Source of the DNA: Candidatus Latescibacterota bacterium
GTDB lineage: Bacteria > Latescibacterota > UBA2968 > UBA8231
Reading direction: 5' to 3'
Assembly: GCA_965261395.1 (NCBI GenBank)
Contig: OZ253462.1
Span: 5,120,001-5,184,000 of the forward strand
DNA length: 64,000 bases
Every line of letters begins with the position of its first letter. The stretch's first letter is position 1. The notes below the pieces were generated by a model. That model was not told the DNA's origin, searched no databases, and was given only the letters and a program-made list of their open reading frames with translations. The position numbers and the translations under genes were made by a program. Of the stretch, positions 29,076 to 36,768 are shown piece by piece.

Positions 29076-30085
29076 CAGATCAAATTCTCTGTAATAGAGC
29101 CGACATACCAAGCCTTGAAGGTATTGCTGTAAAAGGTGTCCGAATTTACCCGCTTGGCGAAGTTCTTGTGCGTCACGTAGAGTACCATCGGTGTTGTGCT
29201 CGTATCAACAACCATACAATTCGCCTGGTTGTTGGTTATATAGGAGAGTTCTCGATGCCGCCATGCAGAGTAAGCTAGATGCTCAGAACGTGCATTCCCG
29301 AAGAATGTCAGGGTTGGATTGAGTGTATCAAGGAACTCATACGAACGTCCAGAATCACGGCCATGGTGAGGCGCAATTAGCAGATCGATATTATTCACGT
29401 AGTTCCGATAATTTTCAAGAATGTGTGCCCATGTGTCGTCGTGCGAGTCTCCACCGAAGACAATACGGTTATCTCCTATTCGATAAAGAAGCACGTAAGA
29501 GCAATCGTTGTAATCCTGGTCCGTCTTGTTCGCAGAATCTATAAGTTCCTCAGTTGGAGCAAGGATGTGAAGGCCATCGCCCCCAGAAGAGCCGTCGTCT
29601 CCAATGTTCCAATATTGTCCTTCTGCGCTAGCTAATAATGCTAGTCGCTTCGGGTCGTCGTCTGGTTTCGTATCCCGCAACTCCTTGTAGAACTTCCAGT
29701 CATCCTCGTTATATGGCGAGTTCTCCCATGACGACTTATCCATCTCTTTCTTGTTATCTGTATCCCAAAAATTGACAGGTCTAAACTCGTCAAATAAAGC
29801 CTTGATCCCATCCATGTGATCCATATCGGGGTGTGTCTGAATGTACCGGAAAATGCTGGTGATACTATGGTCCTGTAAGTAACTGATGGGATTAACCGGA
29901 TGTTTTTTCTGTTGAAAATTTCCACGGACACCCATCTCAAGCTGCGCCGTTTTGGCGGTCGATTCTTCAGTCAGTACGTCCGGTGGTTTTGCATTACAGA
30001 CATCGATCACCGTTATATGCCCAGAATTGTGGTTAATAACTGAACAGTCGCCTTGCTTAACGTTTAGGAAGTGAATTATCGCCAT
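29075..30085 (-). CDS. ComEC/Rec2-like MBL-fold metallo-hydrolase
   Basis: IHFLNVKQGDC, THPDMDHMDG, NDCSYVL, GGDS, APHHGRDSG. Confidence 0.85.
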   Translation of the reverse strand: MAIIHFLNVKQGDCSVINHNSGHITVIDVCNAKPPDVLTEESTAKTAQLEMGVRGNFQQKKHPVNPISYLQDHSITSIFRYIQTHPDMDHMDGIKALFDEFRPVNFWDTDNKKEMDKSSWENSPYNEDDWKFYKELRDTKPDDDPKRLALLASAEGQYWNIGDDGSSGGDGLHILAPTEELIDSANKTDQDYNDCSYVLLYRIGDNRIVFGGDSHDDTWAHILENYRNYVNNIDLLIAPHHGRDSGRSYEFLDTLNPTLTFFGNARSEHLAYSAWRHRELSYITNNQANCMVVDTSTTPMVLYVTHKNFAKRVNSDTFYSNTFKAWYVGSITENLI

Positions 30086-30803
30086 CCTCTACCTCCAAAT
30101 CTAGAGAAGCTTCTAAGAGGAAGTGAGCATAACGATCAGCAGTTATCCTAACTGCTCCCTCTGTAAACCACCGAATCCAGACTAACGTTAATCCAAAATT
30201 AATAGATCCGGGGACGATAGTTAGACCCGATAGATTTTCTGTTTTCCAATCGTCAAAGCCCATTATTAGACAGACTGAGAAAGATAAAGCAGCAATCGTT
30301 AGACCGTAAGGTTTCAAGGCGAATATGTTGCGCCGGAACCCATAGTCCCTTAGTTCTTCAAAAATTCGTGGGAAACGTTCTCTATCGCGTGTTCGGCGGC
30401 GGAGTTCATAGACGCAAGATTCATAATAGTCGTCTGCCGCCTGCGGATTCTGTTCCTGTTCTTCCCGAGAAGGAATGTAAAATCCAAGACTACGAAGCTT
30501 GTCGTGGATGCGGTTACGGGTAATCTGGTTGAATTCTGTATTGCCATGCCTAAGGAGACGCGTTGTTGGTGGCCCATCCCATTTATCCCATAGAGCACTT
30601 TCGCGCTTTTTCCCTAAGTCTCCACCTATTTGCTTGCATAGATAGGAAAGAGGTAAAAGAACGAAGGAAGCTAATCCCCCAAGTTGCCAATCAATCCCTT
30701 CCGGTAGAATAGAAAACAGAACCAACGCAACCGGCACAATAGTTATGTAGACTGGAAAAGCCCGTGCGTAAGCGAAGTAAGGATTTAATCTAAGTCCTTT
30801 CAT
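30057..30803 (-). CDS. Hypothetical 4-TM membrane protein (2TM-soluble domain-2TM)
   Basis: Two hydrophobic hairpins flanking a soluble region with WDGPPTTRLLR and DYGFRRN. RBS GGAGGA; overlaps the next gene by 29 nt. Confidence 0.75.
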   Translation of the reverse strand: MKGLRLNPYFAYARAFPVYITIVPVALVLFSILPEGIDWQLGGLASFVLLPLSYLCKQIGGDLGKKRESALWDKWDGPPTTRLLRHGNTEFNQITRNRIHDKLRSLGFYIPSREEQEQNPQAADDYYESCVYELRRRTRDRERFPRIFEELRDYGFRRNIFALKPYGLTIAALSFSVCLIMGFDDWKTENLSGLTIVPGSINFGLTLVWIRWFTEGAVRITADRYAHFLLEASLDLEVEDGDNSLPKR

Positions 30804-30854
30804 ACCATCCTCCTGATGGTTAGCGGATTTACTGTGCATAAGTGATTTTCATAC

Positions 30855-30927
30855 CATCGGCATCTTCACTATCGACCAATCATTCCTCCCGATCCGTATC
30901 TTCAAACACGTCTCAGGTTTCCTCATT
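30855..30927 (-). pseudogene. Decayed RelB/DinJ antitoxin C-terminal remnant (copy 2)
   Basis: Translates NEET*DVFEDTDREE*LVDSEDAD; 60/73 nt identical, ungapped, to 31963-32035. Confidence 0.65.
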
Positions 30928-30950
30928 GAGCGGCTTCCACGGCAAACTTC

Positions 30951-31057
30951 TCCCACACCTCAACATCCAACCCAACCCGTTTGCGCCCGGTCGGCGGCGA
31001 CCCGCTGGCTTAAGGTGGTGCTGCAAAGAAAGCCCGCCGCAGTCAGGGCGGTGGCTT
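30951..31057 (-). repeat. Diverged duplicate of the 3' end of the GNAT gene (32454-32559)
   Basis: Direct repeat of about 106 bp with 6 substitutions and a 1-nt insertion. Confidence 0.9.
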
Positions 31058-31187
31058 TGATTTCCGTAGCGCCACCTTTTCAGCCATCGTGCTCCCTTTA
31101 CGCGTCGAGATCGGTCATCGCTCCTAGGGTGCGTCTGGGAAATCCAATCTGGCGCGACCGCAAGCCGCGATCACCCCACGAGCCTAA

Positions 31188-31250
31188 ACCAGTGCGAACC
31201 AGATGCAATTCGGCTCCTTGGACGCGGTAAATCAAGAGCCAGTCCGGCTC
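31188..31250 (-). pseudogene. YafQ toxin C-terminal fragment
   Basis: EPDWLLIYRVQGAELHLVRTG is the YafQ signature. The terminal SHSxLF and the gene's middle are missing. Confidence 0.75.
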
Positions 31251-31258
31251 GGTCGCAG

Positions 31259-31291
31259 GCTCAACGTTCGGCTTGGACCAAACTTGCATCA
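31259..31291 (+). repeat. hicB 3' remnant (copy of 31788-31820)
   Basis: 30/33 nt identical; LNVRLGPNLH versus LNVRLGTNLH. Confidence 0.8.
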
Positions 31292-31312
31292 TGGTACTTC
31301 TTTTAGTACCGT
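31284..31312 (+). promoter_or_regulatory. hicAB promoter/operator
   Basis: TTGCAT-17bp-TACCGT overlapped by the palindrome GGTACT-N6-AGTACC (31293-31310), 10 nt before the hicA ATG. Confidence 0.6.
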
Positions 31313-31321
31313 TAAATCGTC

Positions 31322-31576
31322 ATGCGAGCGAAGCATCAGCGCACGCTGGAGAGTGTGCTCAAGACGCCGACGCCAGCAGCCATCCGGTGGACTGACATCG
31401 TCGCCATGCTGAAGGCAGCAGGCGTGGAGGTGTCTCAGCGTTCGGGGTCGCGCATTCTGCTGAAGAAGGGAGCAGAACGGATGGTAGTTCACCGACCCCA
31501 TCCAGAGCCAGAGACTGGTAGAGCGACGGTGCGCGACATCGTCGTGTTCCTCAAAGCCGTAGGAGTCAAGCCATGA
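31322..31576 (+). CDS. hicA: HicA toxin
   Basis: IRWTDIVAML..SGSR..HRPHP; ATGA overlap with hicB. Confidence 0.9.
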   Translation: MRAKHQRTLESVLKTPTPAAIRWTDIVAMLKAAGVEVSQRSGSRILLKKGAERMVVHRPHPEPETGRATVRDIVVFLKAVGVKP

Positions 31577-31905
31577 TTCAGTACAAAGGATACGCTGCCG
31601 AGGTCGAATTCGACGATTCCGTGGGATGTCTTCACGGACGGGTCGTCAACAGCGGTGCTTATTCGATTGCCACCTTTGAGGCAACTGACGTCGAGGGGAT
31701 TCGGCGCGAGTTCCATCGCTCCATCGACGAGTATCTCAAGTCCTGTGAGGAAGACGGCATTGAGCCGCGAAGGCCTTTCTCAGGCAAGCTCAACGTTCGG
31801 CTCGGGACAAACTTGCATCAGCGCGTTGCGCGCTCGGCGGCAGAGAGCGGTCTGAGCTTGAATAGCTGGATCACGCAAGCACTGGAGAAGAGCGTGTCCG
31901 AGTAA
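31573..31905 (+). CDS. hicB: HicB antitoxin
   Basis: YKGY..VEFD, FHRSIDEYL, PRRPFSGKLNVR, SLNSWI. Confidence 0.92.
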   Translation: MIQYKGYAAEVEFDDSVGCLHGRVVNSGAYSIATFEATDVEGIRREFHRSIDEYLKSCEEDGIEPRRPFSGKLNVRLGTNLHQRVARSAAESGLSLNSWITQALEKSVSE

Positions 31906-31922
31906 CCCTGTCAACAACCACC

Positions 31923-32035
31923 AGAGGGACGCCGCATCAAATATTGAGCTTCTGAAACATGTCATCGGCGTCTTCACATTCGACCAATTCTTCCCCTCGA
32001 TCCGTCTTTGCAAAAACGTCGCGGGTTTCCTCATT
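31923..32035 (-). pseudogene. RelB/DinJ antitoxin C-terminal remnant plus a 5-codon yafQ start stub
   Basis: NEETRDVFAKTDRGEELVECEDADDMFQKLNI* (32035-31937), then a TGATG-coupled MRRPS stub cut off by hicB. Confidence 0.7.
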
Positions 32036-32072
32036 CGTTCGTTATTCGCCGCAGGCGAAATAGGAGCCCATC

Positions 32073-32411
32073 CTACATTAACCGATCAGCCAACGCCTTT
32101 AATTGCCCCTCGTCAGCACTCGGCCCGGCCAACGCGATCTCCGCATTCCCCTCGCCTTTTATTACAACCGCAACCTGCTTCGACCGCACGCCCTCAACTA
32201 CGATCTCCCGCGCCGCCGCTCGCGCCTTTGCCCCGACGCCGCTGCCGAGAAAAACCTTCGCCGAAACCTCGCCCATCGAATCCTTGCGCGCCCCCTTTTC
32301 AAAATACTTTCGCTTCTTTCGCTCGGCGCTCCGCTTGACCACCACGTCCGCCACCCCTTCCAACACCATCAGCAAATCATCCGTATCCCGACCCGACAAA
32401 TAGAGTATCAT
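32073..32411 (-). CDS. Hypothetical protein (112 aa)
   Basis: ATG coupled (TGATG) to the GNAT stop. No family recognised. Confidence 0.5.
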   Translation of the reverse strand: MILYLSGRDTDDLLMVLEGVADVVVKRSAERKKRKYFEKGARKDSMGEVSAKVFLGSGVGAKARAAAREIVVEGVRSKQVAVVIKGEGNAEIALAGPSADEGQLKALADRLM

Positions 32412-33445
32412 CAGTGCGCCACCGATCCGTCGACGTGAAAACTCCCCTTGTTTTCCCACACCTCAACATCCACCCAACCCGTCTGCGCCCGGTCGGCGGC
32501 GACCCGCTGGTTTAAAGTGGCGCTGCAACGGAAGCCCGCCGCAGTCAGGGCGGTGGCTTGGGGATGCAAGCCAGCGTCGCAATAAGCCAAGCAGGTGTGG
32601 CTCGCTGGTATCTCTAGGGTCTGAAGCAAGGCGGCTCCCTCCTCCCAAAAAGCCGGGTGGCAATACAGGTCAACCAAGCAGGCATCGGGCCACAAAGGAT
32701 GCTCGGACCACATTGCCCATCCCACCACGGCGCGAGTCTCTTGTTGCACCAGAGCCAACGCGCGGGGCGGAAGGCCGCTTGCGCCGCGCTCCAAGCCGTC
32801 CTGCAACAACGGCAGTAAAGGCCCTTCGGTCGAGCGGCGGCCCCACACACCCAAGCCAGCGCCGCGCACGACGCCGGGAAAAGCACCCAAAAAGAGGGGA
32901 ATCGAAACGGGCCAGTGGAGCCAACCGACCGGCTCTATAGCCGTGGAACCTGGGGCGAAATACGCTCTATCGAATTCGTCTTGCGAGGCGCTGTAATACT
33001 CCATATAACCGCTTTCTAACTCGACCCCAGCAAAGCCGTTGACCTGATAAATGTGATAGGGCGGCGTATCGTAGCCCGTGCCCAAAAAGAGGGCTTGGCC
33101 GCCGCGCTGCCTAAAGTGGTCCATAAGGCAGGCCATTAGCTGCATGGCAGCGCCTTGGCGGCGGTCTTCGGGGCGGGTGTACACGTGGCCGAGCAGCCCC
33201 ACGCCGCGGTATTCGATGGTCATTATATTGGCAAAGGGATCGCCATCACGATGCAGCAGGTAAAAGAAGACGTCGAGGCCGGTCTGAGTGCGCAGCACCT
33301 GTTCGTTGCCCCAGCGCCAAGACGGGCCTTTGTGGCCCAAGAGGGTTTCGACGCGCTCGGCCCAGTCGAGATTAGGGCCTTGCACGACGCCGGCTTGTAT
33401 AGCTTCACCGGATTTGAGCGTGATGCGGTCTAATTGTTGGTACAT
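32411..33445 (-). CDS. GNAT-family acetyltransferase (two-domain)
   Basis: GHVYTRPEDRRQGAA, HIYQVNGF. Confidence 0.8.
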   Translation of the reverse strand: MYQQLDRITLKSGEAIQAGVVQGPNLDWAERVETLLGHKGPSWRWGNEQVLRTQTGLDVFFYLLHRDGDPFANIMTIEYRGVGLLGHVYTRPEDRRQGAAMQLMACLMDHFRQRGGQALFLGTGYDTPPYHIYQVNGFAGVELESGYMEYYSASQDEFDRAYFAPGSTAIEPVGWLHWPVSIPLFLGAFPGVVRGAGLGVWGRRSTEGPLLPLLQDGLERGASGLPPRALALVQQETRAVVGWAMWSEHPLWPDACLVDLYCHPAFWEEGAALLQTLEIPASHTCLAYCDAGLHPQATALTAAGFRCSATLNQRVAADRAQTGWVDVEVWENKGSFHVDGSVAH

Positions 33446-33475
33446 AGTTCGCCTTTGCGTAACGACGCTTGCGGC

Positions 33476-33500
33476 CTGATTTATTCCTTGAATAAATCAG
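33476..33500. terminator. Perfect 11-bp hairpin at the vapC stop
   Basis: CTGATTTATTC-CTT-GAATAAATCAG. Function (terminator or repeat element) is uncertain. Confidence 0.4.
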
Positions 33501-33943
33501 CTCCCCGTTTGTTCGTCCGATTCTCCGTTCTCCCCTTGCAGCACGGACGCCTCTGGTGAGAGCAGCAGCAATCCCGCCACGGATGCGAAGTGGCGATCCA
33601 TCGAGACCAGTCGCAAACCGTGCTCCATAGCCAGCGCCGCAATCCAGATGTCGTTCGTCGGGATCGGGGTTCCAGATCTCCTCAAGCCGTCGAGGATCTC
33701 GGCATAGAACTCGGCTGTATCCTCGCTGACGCCGCATATAGACACGCGCCGTGTATCGAGGAACTCGGCCAGTTCCTCGCGGTTTTTGCGTTCCTGTGTC
33801 CCGCCCTTGAAACCTGATAGCAGCTCCCCGATGCTGATCGAACTCAGCACGATTCGCGAGGCTCGCCGGAGCAGGGAGACGACCGCCGGATCTGCGCGCA
33901 TCGCGTGCGAGTAGATGTTGGTATCGATCAGAAATTCGTTCAC
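33497..33943 (-). CDS. vapC: VapC PIN-domain toxin
   Basis: LIDTNIYS, GEL..GF, PIPTNDIWIAA, DRHF. GTGA overlap with the antitoxin. Confidence 0.92.
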   Translation of the reverse strand: MNEFLIDTNIYSHAMRADPAVVSLLRRASRIVLSSISIGELLSGFKGGTQERKNREELAEFLDTRRVSICGVSEDTAEFYAEILDGLRRSGTPIPTNDIWIAALAMEHGLRLVSMDRHFASVAGLLLLSPEASVLQGENGESDEQTGS

Positions 33944-34212
33944 TGCCACAATTCCGAATCAATGCGCCGCTCGGAATCGATCTTCTGCTGAATCTGGGTG
34001 AACTCATCCTCGTCCCAGCGTCCGAACAGGTGATCCAAGTCGTGATGGACCTCGGTGAACCGACGGGATTTGTCCAATCCAAACTGCTTGCGGAGGGCGT
34101 CCAGCGCCGTCTGGTTCACGCTCTTTCCTTCCCGCTCGGCCACCTCCCTCAACTTGGCGGCAAGCTGGGGATCTAGTCCACGTAGGGTCATGCTTTTCAG
34201 AACATCGGCCAA
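33940..34212 (-). CDS. vapB: RHH antitoxin (VapB/FitA-like)
   Basis: MTLRGLDPQLAAKLREVAEREGKSVNQ..DLDHLFGRW..IDSELW. TTG start after AAGGAGGT. Confidence 0.82.
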   Translation of the reverse strand: MADVLKSMTLRGLDPQLAAKLREVAEREGKSVNQTALDALRKQFGLDKSRRFTEVHHDLDHLFGRWDEDEFTQIQQKIDSERRIDSELWQ

Positions 34213-34251
34213 GGCGTACCTCCTTGAAATGCAACGAATATGTGATGGCGA

Positions 34252-34276
34252 TATGATTTCATTATATGAGATCATA
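34252..34276. promoter_or_regulatory. vapBC operator palindrome
   Basis: TATGATTTCA-N5-TGAGATCATA (one mismatch) just upstream of the antitoxin RBS. Confidence 0.6.
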
Positions 34277-34374
34277 CTTTACTAATCAAGGGATAGACCG
34301 ACAGTCTCAGCTTCCCGAGTAGATATCGGGCCTAATGAGCGTTCCTTCTTTCGCGACCGATTGAGATCGGCTCG

Positions 34375-35334
34375 CTAGCCTCCGACCCGCCCGCCATACA
34401 GATCCCGCACCCGACTCACCACCACGGCCAACAAGATGATCGACCCCAAAAACGCCTGCTCGTAATAGATGTTGGCCTCCAGCATCACCAAGCCGTTCTT
34501 GATGAGGACGATGATGACCGCCCCCAGTAAAAGGCCCAGCGCCGAGATGCGCCCGCCAGCCAACCCAGTCCCGCCGACAATAGCCACCGCAAAGCTGGTG
34601 ATCAGCCAGTCCTTACCCGTCGCCGGTTGCGCCGAGCCCATCCGCGAGACCCACAACACCGCGGCTAGCGCACCCACTCCGCCCGACAGCACGTGCGACA
34701 ACAAAATCATCCGATCGGTATTGATCCCCGCCAGCCGCGCCGCCTCCTGATTCCCCCCGGTCGCCAACAACCGCCGCCCAAAGACCGTATGCCGGAATGC
34801 GTAGTGCGTCGCCAGCAGCACCAGCCCCATCGCCCAGAACAAATTCGACAGTCCCAAAAACTTCTGCCGTCCCAAGAAAGTGAACTCCCGGGGAATGTCC
34901 GTGTAGGCGTAGCCTTCGGAAAACCCATGCACCAGCCCTGTAAAGACAAAAAGCGTCGCCAGCGTGGCGATAAAGGAATTGATCTGCAACCGCGTGATGA
35001 TGATCCCATTGACCCACCCAGCCACGCCGCCGATCCCCAGCGCCACCAGCGCCGCCAACCACCCCGGCAACCCCAACACCTGGATGCAGTACCCAGTGGT
35101 GATGGTCGCCAAGCCGCCGACGGCCCCCACGGATAGATTCATCCCCCCGGCGACCAGCACCACCGCCTGAGCCAGCGCCACCAACACCGAAAAAGCGACG
35201 ATCCGGGAGACGTTGAAGAGGTTGTACGCCGACAGAAAGCTCTCCGAGCTAAGCGCACATCCCACAAACAGCAACCCCGCCGACAAGGCAATTCCGGCAT
35301 CGTTGTGCCGCATGAGTTTGCGTAGATATTCCAT
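34375..35334 (-). CDS. CUT2 sugar ABC transporter permease (RbsC-like)
   Basis: GGMNLSVG, INSFIATLAT, GGNQEAARLAGI, VGGTGLAGGR. Confidence 0.92.
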   Translation of the reverse strand: MEYLRKLMRHNDAGIALSAGLLFVGCALSSESFLSAYNLFNVSRIVAFSVLVALAQAVVLVAGGMNLSVGAVGGLATITTGYCIQVLGLPGWLAALVALGIGGVAGWVNGIIITRLQINSFIATLATLFVFTGLVHGFSEGYAYTDIPREFTFLGRQKFLGLSNLFWAMGLVLLATHYAFRHTVFGRRLLATGGNQEAARLAGINTDRMILLSHVLSGGVGALAAVLWVSRMGSAQPATGKDWLITSFAVAIVGGTGLAGGRISALGLLLGAVIIVLIKNGLVMLEANIYYEQAFLGSIILLAVVVSRVRDLYGGRVGG

Positions 35335-35336
35335 AG

Positions 35337-35415
35337 TCAGTTTAGATGGTGGCCGATGGAGCGGCTTATCTCGTCGTAGCTCAATCCCCGCTCGTGGATC
35401 TCGGCGACTTCGTGG
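35337..35415 (-). repeat. 79-bp duplicate of the ABC ATPase 3' end (copy of 42198-42276)
   Basis: 76/79 identical including the stop codon; encodes HEVAEIHERGLSYDEISRSIGHHLN*. Confidence 0.95.
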
Positions 35416-35466
35416 GATAAGAGGAAAATTCGGCCTCAATTATCGAAGGAAGTAGGGCGAACAAGG

Positions 35467-36768
35467 CTACCCAATCACAAAGCTGTCATCAGCATACCGT
35501 GATAGCTGCTCTACTTCGTCGCAAAACTTTTCGTAGTCTCTCAGGGCTATAGGCCGGTAGTGAGCTAGTTCAGTACGGATCCGCCACGAACAATTCACTA
35601 AGCGTTGCCATCTTCGCTCTGTACTCAACTCTCGGCGCTGCAGTAAAGATTTCAGATGCCCCCACTGACAGGCAAAAGGCGTATTGATTACTTCCTGAAG
35701 CTCTCTATCTGTTTCCGGTTTTTGCCACCTATGAGGCCAATCCTGTCCATAAGACCGGTTTAGGTGGTCACACAAAGCCAACCGTGTTTCGTCAATTTGG
35801 GGTAGGAGAAATCCAGCCTGACCTCGCCACAAGCGGTGGTCTAAGGCTTCTTGTCGATTCAACAGAGCCAAGACCGCGCTGTGGCATTCCAAACCGTATT
35901 CCGGAGTCCAATGCACCATCCCCTGGGCCCAGGCCTGGTACAAAGTAGCTGACAACGGCCAGCTCTCCAGCCAAGATGTCGCGTCCTGGGGAAGGTTATG
36001 CACTGGCCAAGCCTCCAACTCGGCCTGATTCCAGCCGCGGTCCTGAGCAAAGGCCCGCAGCACGCACGCCAATTCGGCTCCAGTATGATGCACCTTAGCC
36101 CACAGATAATCGCCCAAGTCCAAGTCAGAACCCGCAATGGCCGGAATCGTATGCTCTTTCCAGCGGCTCAAGGGAGCAGCATCCTGCTCGGAGGCCAATT
36201 GACACAACAGCCGCATTTCCAAGGTCGTGGGGATGCCCCGCCAGACCTGGATAGACAGAAACACATCAGTTAGGGGAGGTGGATGAGGGACCTTCGATGC
36301 TTGGGCCAGCAGACACAGCGCCGGGGGGATCTCGGGGCCATCTTCGTCAGTGGAGTGCCTGCTATGGCATACCTGAGCCCACTGCACCATAAATTGCAGC
36401 CATTGAACTCGGGCTTCTTCAGCCAGTCTATCAAAACCATCGAGAAACAGAACTTCAGGCAAGCCTGCTTGTTTTAAGAGATTCCCCACCGTGCGTGGTG
36501 TAGTGGAAGCACCCCAATCCACTCCCAGAGCTTGGCCTAAAGCCGCCGCTGGAGTTTCGGCGTCTAACTGGGATATGAAGATCTCGTGGATATGCAAGTG
36601 CAAGTGTCCGAGACCATCCCACAAAGCCGACCGTAGCAGGCTTGGATCAACTCCTTCGGGCAGCAAGCCCAACACACTGTGGCCGCGCCGCAATTCCTCC
36701 AGTAGCCGGTTCAGTAGCTGCTGGGCAGTGGGCATCTGCATGAGGGAGGTAGCCAGTCCCAAGCTCAT
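35467..36768 (-). CDS. Hypothetical protein: degenerate P-loop-like N-terminus and C-terminal HEPN-like Rx4H motif
   Basis: ATGA-coupled to the giant ATPase. Contains RGHSVLGLLP, VLFLDGFD and C-terminal RIRTELAH. Confidence 0.65.
   Translation of the reverse strand: MSLGLATSLMQMPTAQQLLNRLLEELRRGHSVLGLLPEGVDPSLLRSALWDGLGHLHLHIHEIFISQLDAETPAAALGQALGVDWGASTTPRTVGNLLKQAGLPEVLFLDGFDRLAEEARVQWLQFMVQWAQVCHSRHSTDEDGPEIPPALCLLAQASKVPHPPPLTDVFLSIQVWRGIPTTLEMRLLCQLASEQDAAPLSRWKEHTIPAIAGSDLDLGDYLWAKVHHTGAELACVLRAFAQDRGWNQAELEAWPVHNLPQDATSWLESWPLSATLYQAWAQGMVHWTPEYGLECHSAVLALLNRQEALDHRLWRGQAGFLLPQIDETRLALCDHLNRSYGQDWPHRWQKPETDRELQEVINTPFACQWGHLKSLLQRRELSTERRWQRLVNCSWRIRTELAHYRPIALRDYEKFCDEVEQLSRYADDSFVIG

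Noticed and set aside
28296-30085. Competence (ComEC) or antibiotic-resistance beta-lactamase
   Set aside because: No membrane competence domain or signal peptide, and the motifs are ComEC-type, not class B beta-lactamase.
31780-32034. 84-aa ORF MRKPATFLQ...
   Set aside because: It is the wrong frame over the dinJ remnant and antisense to hicB.
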